Origin: a virus
Taxonomy: Duplodnaviria > Caudoviricetes
Length of the DNA: 64,000 nt
Direction: 5' to 3' (one strand)
Virus record (IMG/VR): IMGVR_UViG_3300033072_000343
Span: 6,110 to 70,109 of that record
Of this stretch, positions 28,301 to 36,404 are shown piece after piece. Made by a program: the position numbers and the translations under genes. Positions within the stretch are counted from its first letter, which is position 1. Each line of letters opens with the position of its first letter. The notes under the pieces were generated by a model. The model did no database searches, was not told where the DNA came from, and saw only the letters and a program-made list of their open reading frames with translations.

Positions 28301-29736
28301 CTGGTACGTACAACAACGTCACGGTCAACGCCAAGGGAATCGTCACTAGCGGAAGCAACGTCTCGTACCTGACTGGAAACCAGAGTATATCAATCACTGG
28401 AGACGCAACAGGGTCTGGATCGACAGCGATAGCACTTACACTGGCCAACTCTGGAGTCACAGCAGGCACGTATCGATCTGTCACGGTTGATGCCAAGGGG
28501 CGTGTTACCGCAGGAACAAACCCTACTACACTGTCAGGCTACGGAATCACTGACATCGCCTACGGAAGCACCGGGTCGCGCAACGTCTGGACAATCACAG
28601 ACTGGAACCAGACGACGTACCAGAACGCGCACTTCCTTTCGTCTGAAAACACGCACACCAACGGGCCAAGTAGCGACTTCATCTACGGGCTTCAGACATC
28701 TTTTCACCGTTCTGGCGCGGCTTACAGAACCCAGATGGTCACGGAGCTCTACAGTAGCCCAGTCAGCATTTGGGTTCGCAACTCGCGAGACTCAGACGTA
28801 TGGACGACGTGGAGCAAGCTGCTGCACTCGAACAACTACACAGACTACGCGCCAACGAAGACAGGAGGCGGGGCGAGTGGAAGCTGGGGCATCAACATCA
28901 CTGGAAGCTCTGCCAGCGTTTCGGCATCGGCGGATCAAGCGATCGTCAACCAGCACAACGGAAGCGGCTCAGCATGGTACGGACGCATCCTTTCCAAGAA
29001 CTCGACCAACGATAGGTCGGCGTTTCTTGGGACATACGGAAGCGTTGCAGGCGTCTTCGCCCACAACAACGCCTTAACCGCATGGGCTGATCTCTACATC
29101 AACACGGTGGACGGCAGCAGCGGCGGAACCGTGCGAATGCCGGCATCTGTACTCGTCAGCGGAAATCAGGTCATCCATACAGGAAACTACGTTTCATACT
29201 CGCCGTCGCTTACGGGCGGCGGCGCAAGTGGGACATGGGGAATCAACATATCTGGAAGCTCGGCGTCGTGCTCAGGCTCAGCTGCTCAGCTGAACGGCCA
29301 GGCCGCGAGCTACTACGAGAACAGAGACACCACATCGGTCAGCATCTCTGCTGGAACGCTGACGCTTGGTCGAGGCGCAGGAAACCTGACGACGACCATC
29401 GGTGGTCGCGTCGTGGCATGGTGCGACTTCAACGGAAACTTCGCGAGCTCACAGAGTCCCAACGCGAGCTTCAACGTCTCAAGCATCACCAAGAACGCGA
29501 CTGGCGACTACACTGTGAACTTCTCGAGCTCGCTCGGAACCGCGAACTACGTTGTTGCAGGCACCGCACAGCTTGACACCCCGAGCCCTGGCCAAAGCAA
29601 CTACAACGTAATGGTTGCTGTGCCTCGCCGAAGCGGCGCAAAAGCGGCTGGCAGCTGCCGCGTTGTCTGTGAATATCCTGCTGGCGTTGCGCTTTACGAT
29701 TCCATCTCAGTTGGCGTCGCCTTCATAGCCGCATAA
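22366..29736 (+). CDS. Long modular tail fibre / receptor-binding protein (2456 aa)
   Basis: Fibre repeats LANSGVTAGTYxxVTVxAKG, six LPLxGGTxTG linkers, several GNQVxHxGN motifs. Confidence 0.85.
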   Translation: MKFESQLQIVTAAGVPPFTVNQTALVINLNADLLDGQHGSYYAAASSLGNYLPLTGGTLTGTLTGTIGVFTTVRTTELTSLLGSNGPITITPDGTGHVHINSTDIRLGPNNTNATLATRGTGDLILRTNEGSATEGFIRIYDGANGNIEITPNGTGTVVVGKLSGSTASFSGQVTSTVATGTAPLVIASTTAVANLNADLLDGQHGSYYQDAGNLNAGTVPSARLSGSYGISITGSSYSVFVADTRSVATTPQSVNMGVFYDFKQNSVDGLNDGGTYFGEMTFRQYGSGTDWSGGLSHQLGFTDNGNVWQRSGSSTTWGSWKKLLDTTNFSSHALPLTGGTLTGALNGTTASFSGNVKGGRVTLRDDCLEQHVDDSDGVGIFVNYFGYASGTTRFRNFGVFNGKNQQLFYITGSTGATAITGTLSVTGAITQAGNQVLHAGNYGGYSTFSGAVTSGYGTFASPGHIIGDAQYGFYVSGGNLFYKSASTGNHVWRNIANSADTMTLDNSGNLLLSGSLRLTDTTTGISKSGGRLSIRSESTDDVANFASYGLYLPKSGQTAGLYVESAIEARAGIRLGTSAANGTITVGADTANTANRLVQRDGSGNIAVSGIKQGADLARPLASWGVSGTSTGMVIFSFPGGSGNYGMVHCVFDIYEYNSNTVSTVIVGGHNWNGQWYNTGSNVIGRCGKTVRLGFKDGKYCVVFGGAASSWEYGTIVLRKIHNGAFYTGIMDMGGAFTTSQTATESFTWVTGDLRVLRSSAAIISDDYLRGTEVYSSNWFRNDNSGSGIYNSATSNHFYSDGPYWNVAYSGTQGIRFRNGHNGTILGYIYAETDGNFGLLSNNGGWAVQVKPGGGGNLNGTWTINSNTPLTSANYSGYALPLSGGTMTGDLTATRIRGVNSLVLNTFTTVNPASNVFLYSQPNDRDAWIFLDSADTGSNWGIYHRQIDSAVSGLPANSIGFIGGGSSALQAWISLANGSANFQGALTQAGNQVLHAGNYTSYAPNINGGSTIAGITYFSNGESMQVYGIRGRFTNEYLHLYNKVGVGHPSGWGSGETNTPDKGLSTYGGINVAYGNSAVSSFAGQLNANGGLSLGGPLYYSLYTRRQISLAGPSTANFGNWKQFIRLWAASGSGANLFTLKVSVRGSWNWTPVFGTVEAYYSLHLPGDGTINTLRDFRLTHISGPAADNLRLGDAVIENGYISIPVWGANTNALEATVEQWNGSQILGSTTTAVSETLPAFIAPNFRGGLTSDGNAVLHAATTSAPNLSIGGNAATATNASQLGGNAAANFVQGAGSRGRSTSRSNGTASNLTDPSGFYYGVTVTGMPTTDWWHWIQSIGNDWSSPDGYGYQLACSYWSDDLRLRRLTSGTWGSWVQLLHSGNYSSYALPLSGGTMTGSIQLPSGGYVGLNGGSTYGIGVLSSNRSSAVFDTVESTGTDPLELNYYQGGPVKIGSGANGSKSLYAVGIYDNGNQVIHAGNFATYGVLRSLGYANSSNVNWNTLGNVENTTLAIVQETFNISPGTGNSNFPTNASYKYGVLLNVGGGAGAGRAQVYISHAGNDLIFRGGWGDTSWQTWNKCLTDQNYSSYALPITGGTLTGALSGTSGSFSGDVTWSGYNSGNARAVRIGYSGGNYGSIGYGINYTSTTGSHTYAFNDAVTRIDLADGIQVYSAAGAGAGTTVGWTTLLVANRANSALQWKGVSVLDANNYSSYALPLSGGTLTGALSGTSASFSGALSSGGNSVLTVGNYSSYAVDNTKRVKQFFWDSLSASTTQARRFEIARIAIDIVNWNNVGTFEIELCEQYYSKGIKKRYAVWYGYSGTRPGLKLIEMTGAGDNNFQVVLGSEQPVSGNQYYLPIYVDIRYYSIVDVRVTTSRQITSNSTPPVGYTYINSSPTPTNITDFTADSTVDLSNAASAWQVGGNTIIHSGNYTSYPPARWATGRTISLTGDVTGTSGLFDGTANLSFAATLANSGVTAGTYNNVTVNAKGIVTSGSNVSYLTGNQSISITGDATGSGSTAIALTLANSGVTAGTYRSVTVDAKGRVTAGTNPTTLSGYGITDIAYGSTGSRNVWTITDWNQTTYQNAHFLSSENTHTNGPSSDFIYGLQTSFHRSGAAYRTQMVTELYSSPVSIWVRNSRDSDVWTTWSKLLHSNNYTDYAPTKTGGGASGSWGINITGSSASVSASADQAIVNQHNGSGSAWYGRILSKNSTNDRSAFLGTYGSVAGVFAHNNALTAWADLYINTVDGSSGGTVRMPASVLVSGNQVIHTGNYVSYSPSLTGGGASGTWGINISGSSASCSGSAAQLNGQAASYYENRDTTSVSISAGTLTLGRGAGNLTTTIGGRVVAWCDFNGNFASSQSPNASFNVSSITKNATGDYTVNFSSSLGTANYVVAGTAQLDTPSPGQSNYNVMVAVPRRSGAKAAGSCRVVCEYPAGVALYDSISVGVAFIAA

Positions 29737-30212
29737 TGAAAGTCATCATCTACACCAACGACGATGGGTGGGTCAGCGTGGCAACACCATGCTATCCGCC
29801 GAACACTAGCACAGAGCAGGAATCCCAGATCGCTGCGCTGATACAGCGGAAGGACGTTCCCACTCTTCCAGATGGATCGGTGCGACCGTCGTTCATCGTG
29901 GACTCGGCAAGTCTCAGTGGAATGAACCTCTTCTTCGAGGCATGGAGGTTGACTCCCAGTGGCGCGGCAATCTGGAACAAGCCAGTAGCCGACGAGCTCA
30001 AGCGAAAGCAGTTCCGAGTCCTACGCAAGCCATTGCTGGAGAATCTGGATGTGGAGTTCATGCGGAGCTTGGAGGAGGGGAACACCGCACAAGTTGCGGA
30101 GATCACCACCAAGAAGAAGGCGCTACGCGACGTGACGTTGATCGATCTCTCGGAGTACGATACACCGGAGAAGCTGAACGCCTTCATTCCAGAAGTGCTA
30201 AGAAACTTGTAA
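29736..30212 (+). CDS. Tail fibre assembly chaperone-like protein
   Basis: Follows the fibre; RKPLLENLDVEFMRSLE...KKALRDVT helical hairpin typical of Tfa-like proteins. Confidence 0.6.
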   Translation: MKVIIYTNDDGWVSVATPCYPPNTSTEQESQIAALIQRKDVPTLPDGSVRPSFIVDSASLSGMNLFFEAWRLTPSGAAIWNKPVADELKRKQFRVLRKPLLENLDVEFMRSLEEGNTAQVAEITTKKKALRDVTLIDLSEYDTPEKLNAFIPEVLRNL

Positions 30213-30216
30213 CAAT

Positions 30217-30528
30217 ATGCAACCGAACTACCGCCAGATCCAACCGGCCCCCGTGTTGGACAAAACCGCCAACGCCATCTCGATCCCGTACGCGAATGTG
30301 CAGCTGTTCCAAAGCTGCACCGCCCAGTACGAGGTTCGTCAGGTCACCGAGATCCCGCCCCTGCCGGACGGTCAGGTGCTGCCTCCGATCTGGGGTCCGG
30401 CCCTGATGAGCGGCAACATCACCCTCTCTGGTGACGACTACACCGCGTGGGGTGCTGACGACAACTACCTCTACGAGAAGGTGGCCGAGAAGCTGGGTCT
30501 GACGCTGATCCCGTTGCCGACCGCTTGA
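30217..30528 (+). CDS. Small tail-associated protein
   Basis: ORF with phage codon usage; GNITLSGDDYTAWGADDNYLYEKVAEKLGL. Confidence 0.55.
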   Translation: MQPNYRQIQPAPVLDKTANAISIPYANVQLFQSCTAQYEVRQVTEIPPLPDGQVLPPIWGPALMSGNITLSGDDYTAWGADDNYLYEKVAEKLGLTLIPLPTA

Positions 30529-30553
30529 CACTGAGAGGCCGGTGTTGTACACC
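30525..30553 (+). promoter_or_regulatory. Promoter class site C (TTGACA-N17-TACACC, palindrome GGTGTTGTACACC)
   Basis: Read directly; the -35 hexamer overlaps the upstream stop codon. Confidence 0.7.
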
Positions 30554-30562
30554 TAAATCCGC

Positions 30563-30808
30563 ATGGCTGACACCAACGAATTTGCCTCTAAGATCAACGC
30601 CGAACGCGATCTCGTTATCCAGAACATCCAGCAGCTTGAGCAGAACATCAACATTCTGACCCAGCAGCTGAATCAGGCGCAGCAGAACCTGCTTGCCTCC
30701 AAGGGCGCTGTCATCGGATTCGATCGACTTCTTGCTACACTCGTCTCGTCGGTCCCCGCTGGGACTGAGCCGGTCCTCACTGATCCCGCTAACCCAACCA
30801 ACAACTAA
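30563..30808 (+). CDS. 81-aa coiled-coil protein in its own transcription unit
   Basis: IQNIQQLEQNINILTQQLNQAQQNL heptads; flanked by promoter C and a terminator. Confidence 0.65.
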   Translation: MADTNEFASKINAERDLVIQNIQQLEQNINILTQQLNQAQQNLLASKGAVIGFDRLLATLVSSVPAGTEPVLTDPANPTNN

Positions 30809-30829
30809 CAGGGAACAGCCCTGATGCAC

Positions 30830-30859
30830 GGCCCATCCTCGAAAGGGGGTGGGCCTTTT
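30830..30859 (+). terminator. Intrinsic terminator
   Basis: GGCCCATCCTC-GAAA-GGGGGTGGGCC-TTTT. Confidence 0.8.
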
Positions 30860-30912
30860 CATTTAGCGACTCCCGCTTGCTGCTTGAGTATGTGCGGAGT
30901 ACCACCGTGAGT

Positions 30913-31629
30913 ATGAGTTCGCCGATCACAGGCAGTAGTTTCACTGTAGCGACGCTTGGAGAGAGCTTCTGCAACCGGATCACCAATCTTCTGGCGCTGT
31001 CGTCCAAGATGAAGCTGTGGTTCGACTGGGCATTTGATGACGCCGGAAACGCTACATCTGACTTCAAGTCGATGTTCCTGCCTCCTCCCAACGTGATCAT
31101 GCCGTTTTACATGTCGGACACGGAGGCTGCTGTGAAAGCTGCTGTTGCCGAGCTCAACAAGCCCACTGGAGACACTGGGCTTCCGTTCTGGCGGCTCTGT
31201 GACGGAACCAATGGCACGCCGGATCTCCGCGGCCGTGTGATTTCCGGTGCTGGTGCTGGTTCCGCTCTCACTCAGCGCAACAACGGGGACATTTTCGGCT
31301 CAGAAAGCGTGACCCTGGCATCGAATCAGGTGCCTGTTCAGCCTCATTTCCATGGTGTTGGACGCCGTGCGGCGGCTGGATCGATCGACGCAGGTAACAA
31401 CGACTTCGATTTCATCATGCGCCAGTGGACGCTCCCGGGGAATTACCACTACAACGAGCTTCAGGGTGACGGAAGCCTGTCTGGAAACGGAAATTTCTCG
31501 AATACGGGCAACGCTGCCACCACAGGCCTCATTTCTGACGGCGAAGCTGCCGCCCCTGCTGCTGGTGTTTCCGTGTTTCAGCCCTCGATGGCCATCTGGT
31601 TCATCATGCGCACTACTCGAACTGTATGA
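30913..31629 (+). CDS. Tail collar domain protein
   Basis: WRLCDGTNGTPDLRGRVISGAG, GSESVTL..QVP..HFH and QPSMAIWFIMR. Confidence 0.8.
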   Translation: MSSPITGSSFTVATLGESFCNRITNLLALSSKMKLWFDWAFDDAGNATSDFKSMFLPPPNVIMPFYMSDTEAAVKAAVAELNKPTGDTGLPFWRLCDGTNGTPDLRGRVISGAGAGSALTQRNNGDIFGSESVTLASNQVPVQPHFHGVGRRAAAGSIDAGNNDFDFIMRQWTLPGNYHYNELQGDGSLSGNGNFSNTGNAATTGLISDGEAAAPAAGVSVFQPSMAIWFIMRTTRTV

Positions 31630-32348
31630 AGAGACTCGGAAGTGTCAGAGAGACCGGCATTCAGCTGAATGCTGTATCGCTTGATCTGCGATCTCCTGCT
31701 GGAAAGACCAGCGAGGGGTACTTCCGCCTTGTCGTCAATGCCATCAGCGATCGGGAAGGCCGTCTGAGGCGTCTCGGCGGCTGGAGGCCGCTTGCTCTTG
31801 GTGAGCTTCCTGCCGGAAACGAGGATCTGCACGACCAACTGCTGACCAACACGGTGTCTCCGACCGTGATCAGCGGCACGGCGGTGATCTCGGTTGTTGG
31901 GGCTACCGTTGCGGTTCAAAACCCGGGATCAGTGGTGGCCCCGACGGCCACGGTTTCATTCACCGGAGGAACGGTTTTTGCCTACATCCCGATCATCTCC
32001 AACTTCCCGACGATTTCGATCGTCCCGCCGGATGTTCATGCGTTCGTTCCGTGGACTGGCTACCTGTGGCGCGTGTCTGCACGTACCACCGACGCTGTAA
32101 CCACCGGTTCTCCAGGCTACGTTGATCTCCAGTACAACTCTATCCAGGCTGGCGGCAATCAGACCGTCCGCATGTACTCAAACACCAACGCTGCAGCGAA
32201 CCAGAACGTGTTTGCGTACGGATGCGCACCTGCTGACGCAGTCAATTTCACTGACGCCGGTGTTTCAGACAAGCTGATGGTCTGGAACTCGACATCACAA
32301 GACAGCAGCCTGCTTCCGCCCACCAACACTCAAATCGTTTGTGAATGA
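31626..32348 (+). CDS. Tail protein; N-terminus resembles the start of P22 gp10 / tail tubular B-like proteins
   Basis: FRLVVNAI..EGRLRRLGGW motif followed by a T/V/S-rich region. Confidence 0.45.
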   Translation: MKRLGSVRETGIQLNAVSLDLRSPAGKTSEGYFRLVVNAISDREGRLRRLGGWRPLALGELPAGNEDLHDQLLTNTVSPTVISGTAVISVVGATVAVQNPGSVVAPTATVSFTGGTVFAYIPIISNFPTISIVPPDVHAFVPWTGYLWRVSARTTDAVTTGSPGYVDLQYNSIQAGGNQTVRMYSNTNAAANQNVFAYGCAPADAVNFTDAGVSDKLMVWNSTSQDSSLLPPTNTQIVCE

Positions 32349-34141
32349 GCTCACCTGAGTACATCACTTTTCTGGCCCACATGCGTGGCGAAAGCGGAGA
32401 CACCCGTCTCTTGGCTGGAACGCGCTCTCGCCTCTACTCAAACACCGGTCTGGACGGCAACTGGCGGCTCCTGATTGGCGGTTTAGGTGGTGAAGTGCCG
32501 GCCGATGGTGTTCCTGAGACGCGATGGAAGCACGCCCAGATGGGTGGCATCACGATTTTCACCAACGGCATGGACCAGCCGTACTGGTGGTCGTGGGAGA
32601 AGCCTGCGGACCCTACCACTGGCTACTCAGCTGAGCTTCTGGACGACTTCGTGGCCATGGACATCACTACGGTGCGGTCTATTGGTGCTTGGCGCGGGTT
32701 TGTCTTCGTTGGAAACGTCATCAGCGAGGGCGCTGTTTACCAGAACCGCGTATTCTGGTCGGACTTCAACGATCCGCTGAGTTTTGTGCCTGGGCCTGAG
32801 TCTTTGGCCGGCTACATCGACCTCGGTGAGGACGAGCGGGTGCTTGCAATGGCTCCTCTTGGAGCACAGTTCCGCGTCTACACCGACAAGGCCATCTACA
32901 ACGTGGATTTGGTGGGCGGTGACGAGGTTTTCAACTTCCGCGAGGTCTATCGAGGCCCTCAAGTTTTGCGGTTCGAGAACAGCCTCGTGAATCTGGGAGA
33001 ACTGCACGTCTACGGAGGCGAGGACACGCTCTACGTCATTGGTGAGTTCGACCGCAGCCCGAGAATCCTCGATTGGTTGTACCGTGCTTGCGGTGCGATC
33101 TACAACGGTGTCAGTGCCGACTATCTTGGCGGCGTCACCACCTCTTCGTTTCCTGCTTTCGGCCCAATCAACCGCGGCGCATGTCACTTGCTGGTTGGTG
33201 GCTACGATGAGGCCGAGCGGATGGTGTGGTTCTCGTGGGCTCCTGACGCCGAGACGGTTCCTTCCAAGTCGCTGGTCCTCCAGATGGACATTGGCAAGGC
33301 CTGCCTGGTTGAGTCTGGTTTCACCTCGTTCGTTTCTCACCTTCCCAGCTATCAAGCCAACGTGAGGCGATGGTTGGCTGACATCGGGGCATGTCTTCCG
33401 CAGCCTCTTCCCGGTGAGGGCAACCCGCTTCCGATCACGTTCGTTCCGGACACCAGCCTGACCTGCATTCGCAACACCACCGAGGACTACAAGCTGCCTC
33501 CAAGCCCCACTGGTTCGCTGTGCGCCAAGATCGATGCGAATCCCAGCTTGGAGCCGGACTGCACCCCCTGTGGAAACGGCTACAAGTTCATCATGGCCTC
33601 CTCTCAGGACAAGTGCCTGAAAGAGTACACGCCTGATGTCTACGCCAGAACCTACTGCACCACCGACCCGAACAATCGGTCAGGTCTGGCATGGACCAAC
33701 ACGAACCATCCGACCACCGTGGTGAACTACGCCGACTACGGCTACACCACTCTGATCCAAACGGACTCCCAGGACATGGGGACTCCGAACAACAAGACGA
33801 TCTCTCGTGTCGCTGTTGAGTACGACGCCCCAGACGTGCCTGACATCAACGCCGCGTTACTGCATGTGGACATTGGGTACGGCTCTCAGCCGCACCGGTT
33901 GATCTGGCAGACCTCAAACCCTCGCAAGATCGATCGACTGTCTTCGCAGACCGAGAGTCAGATGGCGACCGACAACATTCGGCCCAACCGGATTGCAACG
34001 TACCAGTTCTTCAGGACTGGGTCTCAGGTTGGGTTCCGGTTGATGATCGCAAACTCCAGTCGCAATCCGGTGATTGGCGGTTCGTCTTCTCTCAACGAGA
34101 TGAGTGTCTCGATGAGGTCTTCGCACGGAGACTATTTCTAG
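32345..34141 (+). CDS. Tail tubular B / DNA stabilisation beta-propeller protein
   Basis: IFTNGMDQP, RVFWSDFNDPLSF and MVWFSW propeller-type motifs; located before the ejection proteins. Confidence 0.65.
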   Translation: MSSPEYITFLAHMRGESGDTRLLAGTRSRLYSNTGLDGNWRLLIGGLGGEVPADGVPETRWKHAQMGGITIFTNGMDQPYWWSWEKPADPTTGYSAELLDDFVAMDITTVRSIGAWRGFVFVGNVISEGAVYQNRVFWSDFNDPLSFVPGPESLAGYIDLGEDERVLAMAPLGAQFRVYTDKAIYNVDLVGGDEVFNFREVYRGPQVLRFENSLVNLGELHVYGGEDTLYVIGEFDRSPRILDWLYRACGAIYNGVSADYLGGVTTSSFPAFGPINRGACHLLVGGYDEAERMVWFSWAPDAETVPSKSLVLQMDIGKACLVESGFTSFVSHLPSYQANVRRWLADIGACLPQPLPGEGNPLPITFVPDTSLTCIRNTTEDYKLPPSPTGSLCAKIDANPSLEPDCTPCGNGYKFIMASSQDKCLKEYTPDVYARTYCTTDPNNRSGLAWTNTNHPTTVVNYADYGYTTLIQTDSQDMGTPNNKTISRVAVEYDAPDVPDINAALLHVDIGYGSQPHRLIWQTSNPRKIDRLSSQTESQMATDNIRPNRIATYQFFRTGSQVGFRLMIANSSRNPVIGGSSSLNEMSVSMRSSHGDYF

Positions 34142-34189
34142 CATCAACACCGCTTCGGCGGTTCACTAACTCAAAGAACAGGACGCGCT

Positions 34190-35131
34190 ATGGGTATTTC
34201 AAATCTCGGTGGAATCATCGGGGCATTCGCTGGCTCCAAGATGGAGCGGATGAACAAGAATCAGGGTCTTCAGGACCAGATCGACACATCCGTTGGAGGC
34301 ATGGACAAGTATCGTCAAGAGGCGGACACCGCTCTTGGCAATTACACTGCCGCGAACCGAACCGCGATTGGCGAGGTCGGCCGACTCAACAAGCAAACCG
34401 AGGGTGAAACCAACCAGATGCTTGGCGGTCTTCGTCAGGCCAGCTTCATGGGCGACCGCGAGCGTGCCCGTGAAGGCGATCTCGGTGCGCTTCAGGGATT
34501 TCTTGGTCAGCTGGGTGGCGGGATGTCCAAGGCCGACAAGATGGCCGCTTCTCGCTTGGGCTACGCTGGCAAGGCTTCTGGCACCTACATGGACAAGCAG
34601 CGTGCCGGCTACGTTGGAGCGTTTGGTGCTCCCATTGCGCAGCAGATCTTCGGCGGCCTCAATCAGGCTGCTGCCGGAGCGGGCGCTGAGCGTGGCGCGA
34701 ACGTCGGCCAGCAGATGGGGTTGATGCAGTACCGCAATCAGCTGCCGATGAACGTGGCCCAGATGGAGCTCAACCCGCTTCAAGCCATGCAGCAGTCTCG
34801 CCAGTCTGAGATCGGGCAGCTGAGCGGCCTGTCTGATGTGAACAACTCCAACTTCGCAGGCTTCCAGGAGAAGAAGAACAAGTGGGCCAAGCTGGGTGAG
34901 GCCGTTGACTCGAGTGTCAACAGCGCCATCGACACCGGCATGAGCCTGTACAGCGGAGGCATGCTCGGAAGTGGCGGCATGCTTGGAGGCCTCATGGGAG
35001 GTCTCGGACTCAGCGGTGGAGGCCGTCAGCAACAGCAGCAGGCCCCTCCTCCGATGGCTTACGGTTACCCGCAGCCGGCCTATGGCTATGGAGCACCGAT
35101 GATGTATGGCATGCCGATGTACGGCCGCTAA
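34190..35131 (+). CDS. Internal virion / DNA pilot protein
   Basis: G/A/Q/M-rich helical protein starting LGGIIGAFAG; typical position after the tail genes. Confidence 0.55.
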   Translation: MGISNLGGIIGAFAGSKMERMNKNQGLQDQIDTSVGGMDKYRQEADTALGNYTAANRTAIGEVGRLNKQTEGETNQMLGGLRQASFMGDRERAREGDLGALQGFLGQLGGGMSKADKMAASRLGYAGKASGTYMDKQRAGYVGAFGAPIAQQIFGGLNQAAAGAGAERGANVGQQMGLMQYRNQLPMNVAQMELNPLQAMQQSRQSEIGQLSGLSDVNNSNFAGFQEKKNKWAKLGEAVDSSVNSAIDTGMSLYSGGMLGSGGMLGGLMGGLGLSGGGRQQQQQAPPPMAYGYPQPAYGYGAPMMYGMPMYGR

Positions 35132-35171
35132 CACTGATCAACCCTGAACAACAACTAGCCCGAACAATTTT

Positions 35172-36341
35172 ATGGCAGACGCTTATGGATCGACGTTGGA
35201 CTCGCTGATGGTCAACAAGGCGGCTCAGCAGGCCGCTCAGCAGGCCGAGGCAAACTCGTACCGCAACTTCCTCAATCAGGTGTCCAACACCAATCTACGC
35301 CGCCGTGAGGGCGAGGCCCTCGATCGCCGAGGTATGGAGGAGTTGGGTATCAACCGCATGAACGTGGCCGGCATGAACGACTATCGTCGTGGACAAGTCG
35401 ACATCGGCATGGAGGACGCCCGCACTCGCCGGTACGAGGGCGAGACCGGCCGTGAAAACGTCGGCGGTTTGAACCGGCTCCGTGAGGGTCAGGTTGAAAT
35501 CGGAAAGACCGATGCTGGCACCCGTTTGCTCGACACTCAGAGCATGGGTACGTATCGAGCCGGTTTGACCCGGAATGAGGCTGACCGGATTCAGTCTGGC
35601 GAGCGCCTTGGAATGCGCGGTTTTGACACGTCTGAGCGTAATGTTGGCCGGCAAGCTCAGGCCATGGAATACGGGGCTGATGCAGGTGTTCGCAGTACCG
35701 GCATTCAAGCTGGGGCCAACATGTTCGACTCGTCTAACCGGCTTCAGGCTGCCCAGCTGCAGTACGACCGACTCCCGCGTGCCGAACAGCTTGCATTCGA
35801 TCAAGGTGGTGTTGAGGGGCTGCAGCAGTTTCGTGCTGCTACCAACCCTGCTGGAGAGAATGCGCGTCTCATGCGGATGTCCTATCAGCAGGAGCAGGAC
35901 ACTCAGCGTCGCAATGCGTACCAGTCCACGATGGACAAGTTGAATAGCGACTTCCAAGGTGACCAAGGATGGTTTGGTGGTTTCGACGAACCGCGCACTA
36001 AAGACATCCGGGCAGAGCAAGCGCGTATCAGGGCTTCTCGACCTGACCTCAAATTGACGGATGATCAGGTCTACGACGAGGCTCTCGGAAACGTCTCTCG
36101 CCGGATTGTTGATGCTCGTTATGGAGTGCGACCGAGCGTTGATGAGATTCTGCGAGAGGATCGTTACGATGCCGGCCAGCAGCCTCTTCCGGGTCGTTCT
36201 ACTGGCGGTTCTGGAGCCGCCGGGCTTTCTGAGCCTGGCCTTGCTCCCACGAACGCTATTCCTGGTCGCGTGTTTAATCCGCGTGGGGGACGGATGCCTG
36301 TCCGACAGCAATCCGGAAGAAACTGGCCGCCCAACGAGTAA
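35172..36341 (+). CDS. Internal virion / ejection protein
   Basis: Q/R/G-rich helical protein with imperfect GQVxIG repeats; second gene of the ejection cluster. Confidence 0.5.
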   Translation: MADAYGSTLDSLMVNKAAQQAAQQAEANSYRNFLNQVSNTNLRRREGEALDRRGMEELGINRMNVAGMNDYRRGQVDIGMEDARTRRYEGETGRENVGGLNRLREGQVEIGKTDAGTRLLDTQSMGTYRAGLTRNEADRIQSGERLGMRGFDTSERNVGRQAQAMEYGADAGVRSTGIQAGANMFDSSNRLQAAQLQYDRLPRAEQLAFDQGGVEGLQQFRAATNPAGENARLMRMSYQQEQDTQRRNAYQSTMDKLNSDFQGDQGWFGGFDEPRTKDIRAEQARIRASRPDLKLTDDQVYDEALGNVSRRIVDARYGVRPSVDEILREDRYDAGQQPLPGRSTGGSGAAGLSEPGLAPTNAIPGRVFNPRGGRMPVRQQSGRNWPPNE

Positions 36342-36404
36342 CATTGGAGGCTGAAGCGCAGCTTGTAGTCACCCATCAATCAGACCGGAAAAGACCACAC
36401 ACTC

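Noticed and set aside
22366-29736. Diversity-generating retroelement or shufflon acting on the fibre
   Set aside because: No reverse transcriptase, no template/variable repeat pair differing at adenines, and no inverted repeat-flanked cassettes.
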